A DNA stretch of 64,000 nucleotides from Eledone cirrhosa (Eukaryota). The notes below the pieces were generated by a model. That model was not told the DNA's origin. It did not search any database and saw only the letters and a program-made list of their open reading frames with translations. Location: contig OZ024745.1 in the NCBI GenBank assembly GCA_964016885.1, forward strand, positions 101,804,001 through 101,868,000. The letters run 5' to 3'. The translations under genes and the position numbers were made by a program. Shown here in pieces: positions 1 through 12,330 of the stretch (the stretch's first letter is position 1; every line of letters begins with the position of its first letter).

Positions 1-374
1 TGGAATTTACTCTCTAGTTCTACCATAGATTCAGCTATGAGTGCGAGCTCATCAGCATACAGGAGTTCCCATGGGCATCCGGTCTTAAACTCCTCCGTTA
101 TTGCCTGCAGGACTATGATGAACAGGAGAGGGCTAAGAACAGAGCCCTGGTGGACCCCAACCTGTACGCTAAATTCCTCGCTATACTCATTGCTAATCCT
201 AACTTTGCTGACTGCTCCCCTATACATGGCTTGTACCGCTTTCACAAGCCATTCATCTACTCCTAGTTTTCTAAGAGCCCACCAGATTACTGCACGTGGA
301 ACTCTGTCAAAGGCTTTCTCAAGGTCGACAAATGCCAAGTAGAGTGGCTTACTTTTAGCTAGGTACTTTTCCTG
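1..374 (-). mobile_element. RTE-clade LINE, reverse transcriptase core fragment (continues beyond the window edge)
   Basis: Open minus frame QEKYLAKSKPLYLAFVDLEKAFDRVPR...GVHQGSVLSPLLFIIV...ELLYADELAL containing RT motifs; truncated by a TATG microsatellite. Confidence 0.92.
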
Positions 375-475
375 TATGTATATGTATATATATGTATATG
401 TATATATATGTATATATATGTATATGTATATATATGTATATATATGTATATGTATATATAGGTATATGTATATAT

Positions 476-1200
476 ATGATAAAGAACACAAGAGCGTCTA
501 CAACATCAAAAGATTTTTCTTGGCTTACAATGTTTTTTCCTTACGTAACCATAGGATTCGTCAGAGCTATAAAAGAGGTTTGATTGGTGTTATGGACTCT
601 ACCAACCAAACATTCAAGAACAAAGAGTAAAGAGAGTAAAGAGCAAAAGTAGGGGACGATAAGTCTAATTTTGGTGCGGGAGGGTGGGGTGTGGGTCCTT
701 GTTTACTAGCCGGGAGTCGAGTGGTTAGTTGAGCCATAGATGGGGTGGCGTCGATAGTAGGGTGCAGAGGGTGTGCAGAGGCTACACACACATAAAGGGC
801 ATACAATATATATATAACGGAGGAGAAAGTACATGAGGTAATTAGAAATGGAAAAAGAGTAATAATAATAATCTATAATTAATAATGTATAATAAGGCAT
901 GGGGAAGATTACACTATAATAAGGTATAAAAGTAAGAATAAGGTAAAATATAAAGGAGGATAAAAGTGAAAATAAGAATAAAGATAAAAAATATATATAT
1001 AAAAAAAATATATAGAGAATATATAAAGAAATATAAGCAAGTATTTGAAGGGGAAAACACAATGTAAAAAAAACCGATTTTTTTTTCAAATAAAAATATT
1101 ATAAATATGGGGGGAGAAAACGGGATAGAGAAATATGATCAAATGTGATTTGTTGAGAGAATATAAGATGATAATAGTTATGTCAAGTTTATACATCTTA
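476..1200 (-). mobile_element. Penelope-like terminal-repeat fragment with degenerate hammerhead
   Basis: Abuts a TA/TATG tract. The minus strand of 521-569 reads TAGCT CTGACGA A TCCT..AGGA A AAAA CATTG TA AGCCA (G12 lost). The right boundary is approximate. Confidence 0.55.
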
Positions 1201-1229
1201 ATAATAAATAATCTGTATATCAGAGTTAC

Positions 1230-2200
1230 AGATCCTTCAATTCACTTACAGGTTCAAGCCACGTGGCATAGTCCATTGTTCATCTGTGCGGTCACGTGCG
1301 TTTGTTTTTGACACCACAGCAGATGCACAAGTTCGTAAATTCCAATGCAGATAGAAATCTATTTTTGCTCACCCAGACATTGACGGAGGATCCAATATTC
1401 CTAGTTCAATATGTGTGGTGTTATTTTGGTCGCACAAATCAATCACTTGGTTCAATATTATGGAGTATGGTTTTCTGGTCTTCGTAACAGTGTCAGTGGT
1501 TGTATATCTCGAAATCACAAGGATCACAGTACTCCGGTTTGGTGTGATTATCGGTCATCCAACTATGTTGTCGGTGGTTGGATTCAATTCTATTGCCCCG
1601 AACGTAGAACTTTGGTGTCGATTGAACATTAACGAGGCAGAGTGAGATCGCATCTGTGGTACAAAACGGTATGCAAGGAAATTCTTCGTCTTCATTTCAT
1701 CCGGGTCCAGCAGTCACGTGCAAGAACCGCTACGTAGTAATTGTGAGGGTAATCGGTCAAGATAGTAACTGACCGAAAATTCTCTTAGGAATTCAGACAT
1801 GCATGACAGGTACATTTAGGTCGGCAGTTTCTTTATGTGTACGTGTGTCCGATACACACAGACACATATTTATATGTATTTCAACTCAAAAAATTCAGTT
1901 GATTCACTTATTGATATTATATCTCTGTTGCTCCGATGTGCATGTTGTGGTGTTCTGGTCGTATTTAGCATTCACTGTGTTTTGCCATTACCTTGGAATG
2001 TGATGTTATGGTCATCAATAGTCCGGCAAGCGCATTCCTCTCTTATATTGCGGAGAATGGTGTTCTGGTCCTCAGTAAACATTTGGGTCAGCAGGAGGGG
2101 TGGTGGTTCTCAGTTTCAATTTCGACAATACATATGTATTACTCTACATATCGTGCTCCTCTCAAAGAAGAGTATTATAGGAGGAATTCATGCCAAACAC
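1230..2200 (-). mobile_element. Highly decayed Penelope-like ORF remnant
   Basis: Minus-strand fragments CRPKCTCHAC, EYWI and a thumb-like ..TICR, plus a decayed hammerhead-like end (CAGATGA...GAA.CTGTA) at about 1240-1290. Confidence 0.35.
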
Positions 2201-2490
2201 CACATATATATATACATGTATATATAGGTATATGTATATATATGTATGTATATGTATATATAGGTATATGTATATATATGTATGTATATGTATATATATG
2301 TATATGTATGTATATTTATATGTATGTATATGTATATATATGTATATGTATGTATATTTATATATATGTATGTATATTTATATATATGTATATGTATATA
2401 TATATATGTATGTATATGTATGGATATGGATGTATATGTATATATATGTATATATATATATATATATATATGGCTGAGTGGTTAGAGCAT

Positions 2491-2828
2491 GGAGGCACAT
2501 GGCTTAGTGGTTAGAGCATTGGTCTTGCAATCGAAAGGTTGTGAGTTCAATTATCAAACCGGGTGATGTGTTGTTTCCTTGAGCAAGACACTTTATTTCA
2601 AATTGCTCCAGTTTATTCAGCTGTATAAATGAGATGATAGGACTGGGGTCCCTATCATTCCACTGCAAAGTGGTCGTGGAGGCGCCACGGAAAAAAAGCA
2701 CCCAGCACTCACCGTAAATGAGGTTGGTGTTAGGAAGGGCATCCAGCTGTAGAAATCAAGCCAGAATCAGTTCCCGTCTCACCCTTGCAAGCAGGAAAGG
2801 GCAGACGTAAAATGATGATGATGATGAT
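2491..2828 (+). mobile_element. tRNA-derived SINE family 1 (RTE-tailed)
   Basis: A box TGGCTTAGTGG, B box GAGTTCAATT and an (ATG)n tail; near-identical copies elsewhere in the window. Confidence 0.9.
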
Positions 2829-2855
2829 ATAATATTCATATATACCACACACGTA

Positions 2856-2899
<44 letters not shown>

Positions 2900-4017
2900 C
2901 ATAATATACATATACACCACACACACACATGTATATATATATATAAATGTATATAATTTCAATGACCATGGCTTCATTGATTGGTTTTTATGGATTTAGA
3001 GTCCCAGCAGTGCTGTAATTTATACCTCACCGCACCGCTAGCTTTTAATTTGGTTTGAATATGAATGGTAGAAATATAGCTGTAGTTTTCAATTTTGCAT
3101 CACTGGGGACGACTATATGTTCCATTTGTGTATGGCATTAACCTTCTATTACTGCTTTTATTTCTACCGTTCGTTTACATTTTTTTTTTCTTCTAGCATT
3201 CCATTGGGTATTATTTTCCTGCAACATTCTGTTGCTGATAAGCATAATATTTCATGAGAAGTTTAAAGTTAGCATAATTTGGTTTTTTCTTGATTTTTTT
3301 TTTTTATAGTTTTCTTTTAGTTTTTTCTTTTTTTCATCATAGGAATAATAATAAATTACAATTATCCAAAAACTACCTGGGGGTATCAATCCTACAAATA
3401 TTTTTTTTATTTTTTTTTTTTATTAAATCAAATTAATCCAGCATAGATATTCAGGTTTTATAATATTCAGATCCTCAAATGATGCTTTTCTATGGGTCAA
3501 GGTACTCCAAGTTATAATGCTTTTCTATAGCTCAAGTTATTAAAAGCTAAATAATATTAGATTATAAAATATCACCATGTGATTTTTTTTTATGGGATTA
3601 TAAAAATATAGGTTGCTGAAAATCCATTCTCGTTAAAATAGAATATCCATGTATTAATGACCGCATATCTGGGTGTTATAAAAATATCCCTCTTTTTTTT
3701 TTCTTTTTTTCTTTTTTTCTTTTTTGTAATATAGTTCTTAGAACAGCTAAATTAGGGTTATAAACAGCAATGATGGGCTGAATCCTGAGTAACTGATGTG
3801 TTTATTGTCTAGTTAGATAGCTATTTGTTGTAGTACTATCTTGCAAACATCGATTTAAAAATATGAAGAAGCTCTATGAAGAGAATGTCTATATAGAAAA
3901 GTAGGAAATTCTCATAAGAACTTGGTTATCAAAAATGTATTATTTTATTTTTGAGGTTTCACTTTTGATGTTGAATGGACAAAATGTATTAAATTTCTAT
4001 ATGATGGTGCTTGGCGA

Positions 4018-4200
4018 AGTCACAACTGTGTGGTTAAGGAGTTCACTTTATAGCCATATTATTTTAAGTTCAGTCCTACTGCTTGGCACCTTGGCCATAT
4101 GTCCTCTCCTTAAAGCCTCGTACTGACCAATGTCTTATGAGGGAAATTTGGTAGATAGGAACTGTGTGGAAGCCTGTTGCATGTGCATATGTATTTGTGT
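4018..4200 (+). mobile_element. Older tRNA-derived SINE family 3
   Basis: GTGGTTAAG...GTTCAGTCC...GGCACCTTGG...GGTAGATAGGAACTG; diverged relatives at about 42615-42730, 49215-49370 and 54495-54660. Confidence 0.6.
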
Positions 4201-4209
4201 TTGTGTGTG

Positions 4210-4257
<48 letters not shown>

Positions 4258-4258
<1 letters not shown>

Positions 4259-4412
4259 GAGGTGGTATCAAAATGTTTACGGACTAGTTCTATAGCATGC
4301 TAACAGATGGTAACACATGGTTGTGCATGCAGTGACCTTCTTGTGCTAGTGTACTGAGTGACATCACTGTGTTCACTTCGCAAGTTGTGAAATTTGTGTT
4401 TTTGTGATCACA
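4258..4412 (+). mobile_element. mariner-like terminal fragment
   Basis: TA|CGAGGTGGTATCAAAATGTT after a TA tract; a related end TA|CGAGGTGTGTTAGAAAAGTT occurs at about 45010. Confidence 0.5.
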
Positions 4413-4417
4413 TGTAT

Positions 4418-4754
4418 GGAGGCACATGGCTTAGTGGTTAGAGCATTGGCCTTGCAATCGAAAGGTTGTGAGTTCAATTCTCAGACCGGTTTATGTGTTG
4501 TTTCCTTGAGCAAGACACTTTATTTCACATTGCTCCAGTTTATTCAGCTGTAGAAATGAGATGATAGGACTGGGGGTCACTATGATTCCACTGCAAAGTG
4601 GTCGTGGAGGTACCACGGCAAAAAAGCACCCAGCACTCACTGTAACTGAGGTTGGTGTTAGGAAGGGCATCCAGCTGTAGAAATCAAGCCAGAACCAGTT
4701 CCTGTCCTACCCTTGCAAGCAGGGAAAAGCGGACGTAAAATGATGATGATGATG
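4418..4754 (+). mobile_element. tRNA-derived SINE family 1
   Basis: Same head, body and tail as 2491-2828. Confidence 0.9.
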
Positions 4755-5783
4755 TATGCTGTAGCCTGTGATTTTGTTATGAAAAGAAAGTCGGAACAAA
4801 AAGCCATACACCTTGGGGAGTCTGCTACAGAGACATTTAAAAGCACACCTTATATATATATATATAACATGTACAAAAATTGATGTTAGCAAAGCCTGCT
4901 TTCTGCGTTTTGTCCAGAATCAGCATGCAAGAGTTTTAACGAAAAAGCAATTTATCCTAATAACAAATGTTTTGATAATCTGAAACAGAGAAAGCAGGCT
5001 TTGCTAACATCAAATTTTGTACTTATAAAGATCCAGGTGCACTTTTTTCATTATATAGTATGATCTAACACACACACATGCTGTAGTCTTGTCTCATGAT
5101 CTAGTGAGTACACAGGTGAAATTCCAGAGTAACAAGGCTCACCATTTGGCCTTAAAAGCAAATATAAAAAATATATATTTATTATATACAAATATAAATA
5201 TATGTGTATGTATACTAAAACTTCATGACCCCAAATTTCAAAAGTATAACATTCTTCAGTATGTCTTGTTATTTCAAATTTTGATTTATCATTTTCATTT
5301 CATATTTGAGATGCATATTTGAGAAAGAACAAAATTGATTTTCTTTAACAGTATATTGGTTTTAACTTTTGCCCTAGTCAACATTGAAAATTTAACATGA
5401 AAGGATTAATTTTATTGAGAATTGCATTGTTAATGAAAATGAGTTCTTATTAATTCTTTGATCAAACAGCTTCTAGTGATTCAAAATAAAGGAAACTAAA
5501 GCCTAATATTGATTTCTTAAATTGTTAAATGACCACAGATTTGTCTGAGAGGAATAAGTCAATTGAATTAACCTCACCATAGTAGTGCTACTTATTTTGA
5601 TAACTTTGGCAATTTGTCACATAAGACTAACTCTAATAGGATTTGAACTGAGAACACAAGGGAACCTAACACATTTTCTCATTATTGTGCTGATATTTGG
5701 AACATAACTTAACTTAGTTTCTTTTATAAAATTATGATGGATGGTTTTAAATAGATATGAATGTGTTTAAATGGATAGTTATA

Positions 5784-5992
5784 CAGGGTGGGCCAAAAGT
5801 CACTTCTTACCTATTTTTATTAATAAAACATTAGAAATTAACTCACAACAAATTTTTCTTGGAGGGTGTATTTTTCCATAATTACATCTTGTTTTTATTC
5901 AACTTTAATCTGAAAGAAAAAAAATATAATATTTTAATAATAAAAAAAATCATGAATTTAAAAAAATTGGAAGTGACTTTTGGCCCACTCTG
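5784..5992. mobile_element. Tc1/mariner-type MITE
   Basis: 23-bp TIRs CAGGGTGGGCCAAAAGTCACTTC / GAAGTGACTTTTGGCCCACTCTG (1 mismatch) with TA on both sides. Confidence 0.9.
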
Positions 5993-6968
5993 TATAATAT
6001 ATAGAGGGGATTTCAGGTGGTTTGGTGTCAAAAGGATTAAACCTGTTGTTCAGTTCAGGCAGATATTGTGCAGTTATTGTTTTAATTCTAGATTTTAAGT
6101 GAAAGGTGTGAGAAGAATATTTTGACATCTGCACCTGATTCTCTTACAAAGAGAATATATTTTATTTTTCATTTAATAACATGTTTTGATTTATTTGTCC
6201 ATTTTTCTTCTTTTCTTCTTTGAGAAATTCTATAGAACTAATATTTTAAAGTTATGGTTTGTCTGTAATTGTTTTCACTAGCTAACACATACCCTCTCTC
6301 TCACTCTCTCACTCTCTCTCTCTCACACACACATACACACACACAAAATCATTCCATCAATATCATCATCATCATACTTATATTTTCCATGCATCCATGG
6401 ATTAGACAGGTCATCACATTCTGAGCTCAGATGTGTCAGGTGACTGCATCTTTTTCATACATTCCATTTTTGCAAGGTTTCTATGGCATGATACAATTCC
6501 TAATGCCAATTATTTCACAGTCTCTAAAGTCTGTCTCAAGCCTGGAGGTTCTTCTGGCTGATGCTTATCCCGGTTTCCGGACAGGATGTTAGCACATCGC
6601 AGGGTTAAACCCACAGCTATAGGCTGGTACTCATTTTCAGCTGAGAATACTGAAACAACATGAAATGAAGTATTTTGCTCAGGAACAAAACACGCAACTG
6701 AGCCCCGGATCTAATATACTTACCACAAAGTCACATGCCTCATAGCATGTTCTATGTGCATTTTATCGTGACACAACCACTACCACATGAGAAGGTGGAC
6801 TGGGTGCTTTTTATCATATCAACATGACTACCCATGTTTTTTTTCTAGTGAAATATTCAATATTAGTTTTAAAATTTTTACCCAGTATATATCTTTCTTT
6901 CATTTGTGAGATAACTACTATGTTAAAGCTTTATTCCGGACTACGTAACTCTTATTTCTATATTTCAG

Positions 6969-7110
6969 TGAAGATTTCACTATTCCAGAACTACCATATG
7001 GACAAGAACTGGTCATTAATATCAAGACTACCTGGGGTGATAAACATTATGTAGGACTCACTGGAATTGATATTTTTTCACAAAAGGGTGAACCTGTCAC
7101 TGTCAAAAGA
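6969..7110 (+). CDS. KATNIP: KATNIP/KIAA0556 internal exon A (DUF4457 repeat)
   Basis: tttcag|T...AAAAGA|gtaagt. Translates EDFTIPELPYGQELVINIKTTWGDKHYVGLTGIDIFSQKGEPVTVKR, matching the recalled human KIAA0556 segment FKIPVLPYGQRLVIDIKSTWGDRHYVGLNGIEIFSSKGEPV. Missing from the ORF track because it has no start codon. Confidence 0.95.
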
Positions 7111-7138
7111 GTAAGTGATACTACTTCTACTCATGTCT

Positions 7139-7424
7139 TTAAATCTTTTGATACCAAACCACCTGAAATTGACTTGGGTGTATGTTTGGACCCTTTCATG
7201 ACTGCATTCCTAATGAAATACCTCTATTTTAATTAATTGATGAAGAATTTTGAGGGATTTATGAAAATTATTATTTTATTACTAAGAGAGTAACTTAATG
7301 TAAGAAGATTCTTATATAAAATTATGTTGGAATATTTTAATTTAAATTGGAAACCTTTAAAATGGGTGGTTTTATTTCATAGACCCAGAGCCGGTTTAGG
7401 CCAGGTTAGTAACTAAAGAGTTAA
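7139..7424 (+). mobile_element. Old piggyBac-type MITE family B
   Basis: Decayed TTAA-ended element (CTTTTGATACCAAACCACCTGAAA...AAAGAGTTAA); relatives at about 29280-29771(-), 55695-56076 and 6010-6040(-). Confidence 0.6.
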
Positions 7425-8025
7425 AGTGATTATATTTATCTAAAATTATCCATCATTGTTTTATGTAAGAAGCTTTGCTAAGTTATATTACAAATACCAG
7501 CTTAATAATAAGAAAGTTAGATATATTACTAAATCCTTCCAATTTCTTGATTATTTTCAAACTTATTTGAAAATCATAGGTAGTGTCTTTTATTAGAAAT
7601 ATGTCCATGAAAGGGTTAACCTACCTAATTTCTTTATTGGATCAATTTAATCAGGTGGCTAACTGTAAAATAAAATATTTTCTTACTTTTTTTAGTTTAG
7701 TAATTCATGAGATGTATTGTCTAATTAATGTATATCACTGGAAAATATATATTACCAAAAATGCATCAAATATTCAGATCTGTGGCCTTGCTTCAATAAA
7801 GAGCTTTGTAATAGTGGATTTAAGTACAGTTTCACAGTGGTTAGTTAAGATTATGGTTGCTGATAAGAATACATTAACATTTGCAAATATTGTCCAGCTA
7901 ATCCCTCTTTTTCTGTTCATGGTGAAACTGTATAAAGAGAGAAACAGCTGTTTATGACTCTCCAATATATCTAATTAATTTTATCTAGTTTACACATTCT
8001 ATGACGGCTAAAATCTGTGGGTTAG

Positions 8026-8880
8026 TCCTATACTATAATAAAACAAACACTGCTGACATGTCAGTAATTTATTTAACGTAGCCCCAAGCAACACTATAAA
8101 GTGATCGTGATGGTGACACGACAAAAAGCATCCAGTACTCACTGTAAATGAGGTTGGCATTAGGAAGGTCATCCAACTGTAGAAACCAAGCCAAAATCAG
8201 TTCTGTGTGAGCATGGTCACCTAACCTAGCATTGCCCACAACAAGACAACTCGTCTAACCCATTTCAGCATGGAAAAATGGATGTAAAACAGAATGTCTG
8301 TCTGTCTGACTCCCTAAAACTCAAGAACCACCCAAGCGATTGTTTTCAAACTTTACACATGTAATTCTTATGGTCGTGTGAGTGTTTTGAGCAAATAAAA
8401 TTTCAAATTTTCAATTCCCTAGGGACCGCATTAGGTGATTTAGCGATCTCTCTCTATAATTCTTAGTCTTTTTTTTTAGATAGATATATAGATATAACGT
8501 TGCGCCCTTATAATATCTGTTTCTATGTCTGGCTGTCTGCATTATGACATTATGACGCCGTGTGTCTATATATAGTGTGTGTGTGTGTGTGTATATATAT
8601 ATAGTGTGTAACGCTTTTCGAAATATTTACTTCTGCGTTCACAGATTGATTTTTTTTTAGTTTCAGAAGATCCCGTTAAGGGTGAAAGCAGCGATTCTTT
8701 GCTTAAACTTTAATCTGTTATTTTAATATATATATATATATATATAATTATATATTCGTGTACAGATATTTTTGCATACACAATAACAAAATATAAACAA
8801 ACGTATTTATTTCACGAGTCTCGATAAGGATAAATATATACCAAATATATAAGAACCCTAGAGCAAATCCATTCTGCTAG
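8026..8880 (+). mobile_element. Non-autonomous Helitron-like element with nested insertions
   Basis: 5' CTATACTATAATAAAAC, internal (GTCT)n and TTCAAACTTTACAC, 3' CTAG|T. Confidence 0.5.
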
Positions 8881-8924
8881 TATACACTATTTCTAATGTG
8901 GTATAGATTTTCACTTTACTTTTA

Positions 8925-9432
8925 AATTATATTTCTGAAATAAAACTATAGAGATTTTTTTTTTTTTAAATTCAACTGTAAATGACAATATATCTGTAAT
9001 ATAAACACTGCTATGTAACTCTTTTTTGTGATAATATTTCTAGAATATATTCTACCTTTGTTTCTGTGCATATCTGGTTTAGAGTAGTACATATAGCCTT
9101 GCATGTTGTGACGAGTGATTAAAAGATTGGCACCCGAAGGTGCATTCAGCTGTAAAACATTGCCTCAGAAAGGACCCTATAATCAACATAAAATCTGCTT
9201 TAACAGGGGCAATGGTCTTAAAACTTGATAAACTAATTCTAATATGATAGATACTTCATTCAGAGAGATTTTCAGTGATATTCATTTTTGAATTATATTT
9301 CTGAAATAAAGCTATTGAACAGCTGTTGATATTTACTTTTTATTCTACTGTAAATGATAATATATCAGTAATATAAACATTGGTATGTAATTCGTTTTTG
9401 TGACTGTTTTTCTAGAATATTTTCTACTTGTG
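8925..9432 (+). repeat. Diverged local direct duplication (about 140 bp at 8925-9062 and 9292-9432)
   Basis: AATTATATTTCTGAAATAAA...CTGTAAATGA.AATATATC.GTAATATAAACA...TTTCTAGAATAT occurs twice. Confidence 0.8.
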
Positions 9433-9726
9433 TTTTTTCATTTTCAAAATGATCAAGAATTATTAAATAGAAAATAATAGAATAGAAAATAAATAGATTT
9501 CAACTGAATGCAAGACAAATTTTTACTATCTATTAGAATCTGATATTATCCTTCATGTAATAATTCTTTGTAGCATTAGCACAAGGTCACAACTTCAGAG
9601 AAAGAGGAAAGTCGATTATATTGACCCCAATAGGTAACTGGTACTTTATGTTATCAAAACTGGAAGGATGAAAGACAAAGCTGACCTCGGTAGGTTTTGA
9701 ACTCAGAATGTAGAAAGTTGTAACTA

Positions 9727-9885
9727 CAAGGTGTCCTAAAAAAATGTATACACATTTCAACAGCATTCTAATAAATATTACCTCTACAGGTAATCAAAAA
9801 AATATATATACACTTTGATTACATGTACAGCCAATATTTATTAGAATGCTGTTGAAGTGTGTATACATTTTTGGGGGACATCCTG
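9727..9885. mobile_element. Palindromic Tc1/mariner-type MITE
   Basis: TA|CAAGGTGTCC...GGACATCCTG; inverted arms run through most of its 159 bp. Confidence 0.85.
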
Positions 9886-10684
9886 TGTAATGCCACTGTT
9901 TGTTAGAGATATGGCTGAGTTCTGACACTTATTGTGTTTCAAACATAAAATGTTAAAATAATATGAGCTGTTGTAAAGAAGATCCTGTTTCAACAGCAGA
10001 AACTATATAATTATAAGATCATTTTAAAAGATTCTGAAGAGTTTTCTATTATAAGAGAAGGGCATATGATTTATACAAGGTTTAATAATCAATTTTAACC
10101 TTAACTTTTCTAACTAAATGGTAACAAATGTCACTGAACTTTAACAATACAGATTGTAAATCAGCAGGAAATGAAAGAAAAAAGATCAAATATATCCAAG
10201 CAACTAGCTTCAACTCTCAAACCACTGGTGATCATTTTACAATGCAATTGGGAATTAATAATTACTCAGCAATGCTGAAGTGTAAGTCTAAAGTAAATAA
10301 TTGTGTTAGCTTTATGAAAGAATGTCAATAAAGACATTATCACTACTTCAGAGTAAAAGGCACTACAACCATTCTGGAAAAATAAAGAGTAAAATGTATA
10401 GGTTTGGCTTGTTGCAGATAAAAAATAAACTTAATTAATTCTCAACACGGAACTGTATGAGATTACTTCTATTAGAATATTCTAATTGTAAATTCAAATC
10501 TTGGGCTGAATTCTCATTAATAGTAAGGCAGCTGGGGAATTTAGTTTATTGTCACAAAAATGTTTAATAAATGTATAAATAAATCTGATTTATCTTTGTA
10601 TGAGTATCGTAGTGTATGTATGAGTGAGAGATAGAGAAAGATAGTGTATATGACATGTTTATATCTACTTTTCATCTCTTCTAG

Positions 10685-10882
10685 ATTACTGCCAATCCTA
10701 AAGATATCAACATCTTACCTCAATACAATAAGGATCCTCGGGTTGTCCAAAATCTTATTGATGGAGTGAATCGCACAAGGGATGATGTTCACATGTGGCT
10801 GACTCCTTTCACTGCTGGTAGTAATCACTGTGTAACCTTGTCCTTTACAGAACCATGTCATATTGCTCTCATTCGGATATGG
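10685..10882 (+). CDS. KATNIP: KATNIP internal exon B
   Basis: tcttctag|ATT...ATATGG|gtgagt; 198 nt, phase 0/0. ITANPKDINILPQYNKDPRVVQNLIDGVNRTRDDVHMWLTPFTAGSNHCVTLSFTEPCHIALIRIW. Confidence 0.95.
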
Positions 10883-10949
10883 GTGAGTTATTTTCTTTAA
10901 AACAAAATAAACAATATAGTTAATAAGATTATTATTTTTGATACTATTG

Positions 10950-11200
10950 ACACTGTGAAGTGGTCGTGATGGTGACACGGCTAAAAAGCACCCTGCCCAC
11001 ACTGTAAAGTGGTTGTGTAGGTGTCACAACAAAAAGCACCCAGCCCACACTGTAACGTGGTCATGATGGTGTCACGGCAAAAATCACCCTGCTCACACTG
11101 TAAAGGGGTCATGATGGTGACATGGTAAAAACGCTCCCAGTCACACACTGTAAGGTGTATACGTAGGTGTCACGAAAAAAAGCACCCAGCACACACTTTT
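10950..11200 (+). repeat. Tandem array of about 5 SINE-internal units of about 47 bp
   Basis: Repeated CACTGTAAAGTGGT...GGTGTCAC..AAAAAGCACCCAGC. Confidence 0.8.
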
Positions 11201-11761
11201 CCTTTGGTGCATCATCATCGTTTTCATGTCTGCTTTTCCACGCTTGCATGAGTTGGTGCATGTTGTTTACATTTTGGTTGCTAACTGTATGTTGAGTTTC
11301 CAGCTGAAATAAATAAATAACTCCTCAAATCATATCCTTCATATGTTCCTATCTAAATCCAACCAACTATGACAGATTAGGAAATTAAATATGTTAACAC
11401 ATTTAATGCAAGGGCTATTAAGCAGTGAGCTAGAAATGAATTTTTGGTGAGGAAAGAAAAAAAAATATTAGTAAATTATTACTTCAATGAAACCTCAATT
11501 TTATGGACTGAGAGGAAGGAAGGTGTGTTCATTAATATGAAAGGCCCATTAAATTTAAGGAAAACTGGAGATAATTTTCATTTATTATTTTTTAAATTAA
11601 AAACCAAAAACTTCATTATAATATACACTACTGCACAATATAAAATTATCAAGTTATAGTAAAAAATATGTAATTTTACTTAATTTTTTGACTGTGTAGT
11701 TGAAAAGTGTTTTGTCATGACCAGGTTAATAGTTGAGAGGACATTATTTAGTATCTTAAAT

Positions 11762-11952
11762 GGCGGTGAATTGGCAGTATCGGTAGAGGGTCGGACGCCA
11801 TGCTTTGACGCATAGAGTTACGGCCCTTGCCATTCTGAGTTCAAATCCCGCCGAGGTTAACTTTGCCTTTCATCCTTACGGGGTCGATAAAATAAAGTAC
11901 CATTAATACACTGGGAAATTGCTGGCCTTGTGCCAAAAGTAGAAACAATTAT
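11762..11952 (+). mobile_element. tRNA-derived SINE family 2 (core CCTTTCATCCTTACGGGGTCGATAAAATAAAGTACC)
   Basis: B box GAGTTCAAATCCC and an (ATT)n tail. The core resembles the Nin/Deu-type SINE domain (from memory, unverified). Other copies at 21410-21590(-), 41730-41803(-), 43000-43210, 43953-44142, 46120-46322(-), 50063-50200, 55025-55243(-), 60639-60830 and 63033-63208(-). Confidence 0.88.
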
Positions 11953-12122
11953 TTAGTATCTTAAAGCAGCAGGGAATAGAAATCCTTAACTTCAGACTCT
12001 TCTGAAATGGGCACAAATATATACACTAGTGACTTCTGTTTTCTTGCAGATTGTTGTAACATACACCCCATTGTTTGTTTGTTTTTTGTAAATTGGAGTG
12101 GGATTTGCCAATGTTATCTTAA

Positions 12123-12330
12123 CCCTTTAGCATTTAAACCGGCTGTATCCGGCCATAATTCTTTCACCTCTTTCTGTTCAAATTGGATGTAACCAGCTGC
12201 TCATACTTATGTTAAGGTGTTGCTCTCAAAATAAATAATATCAAAATCTCATAGATTCGATATTATGTGAGATAATGTGTTTACTGTGAAAATACAATAA
12301 TAAATATAGAGTAATGTAAATACTAAAGGG
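12123..12330 (+). mobile_element. piggyBac-type MITE family A
   Basis: TTAA|CCCTTTAGCATTTA...TAAATACTAAAGGG|TTAA; copies at 28207-28415, 50233-50449 (reverse), about 60105-60312, and a partial at about 55935-55997. Confidence 0.9.

Noticed and set aside
37-342. 101-aa plus-strand ORF
   Set aside because: Antisense shadow of the RTE reverse transcriptase frame.
2491-2565. tRNA gene (also 4418, 33095-33168, 41063, 43594)
   Set aside because: A/B boxes are present but there is no good acceptor stem, and each continues into the same SINE body and tail.
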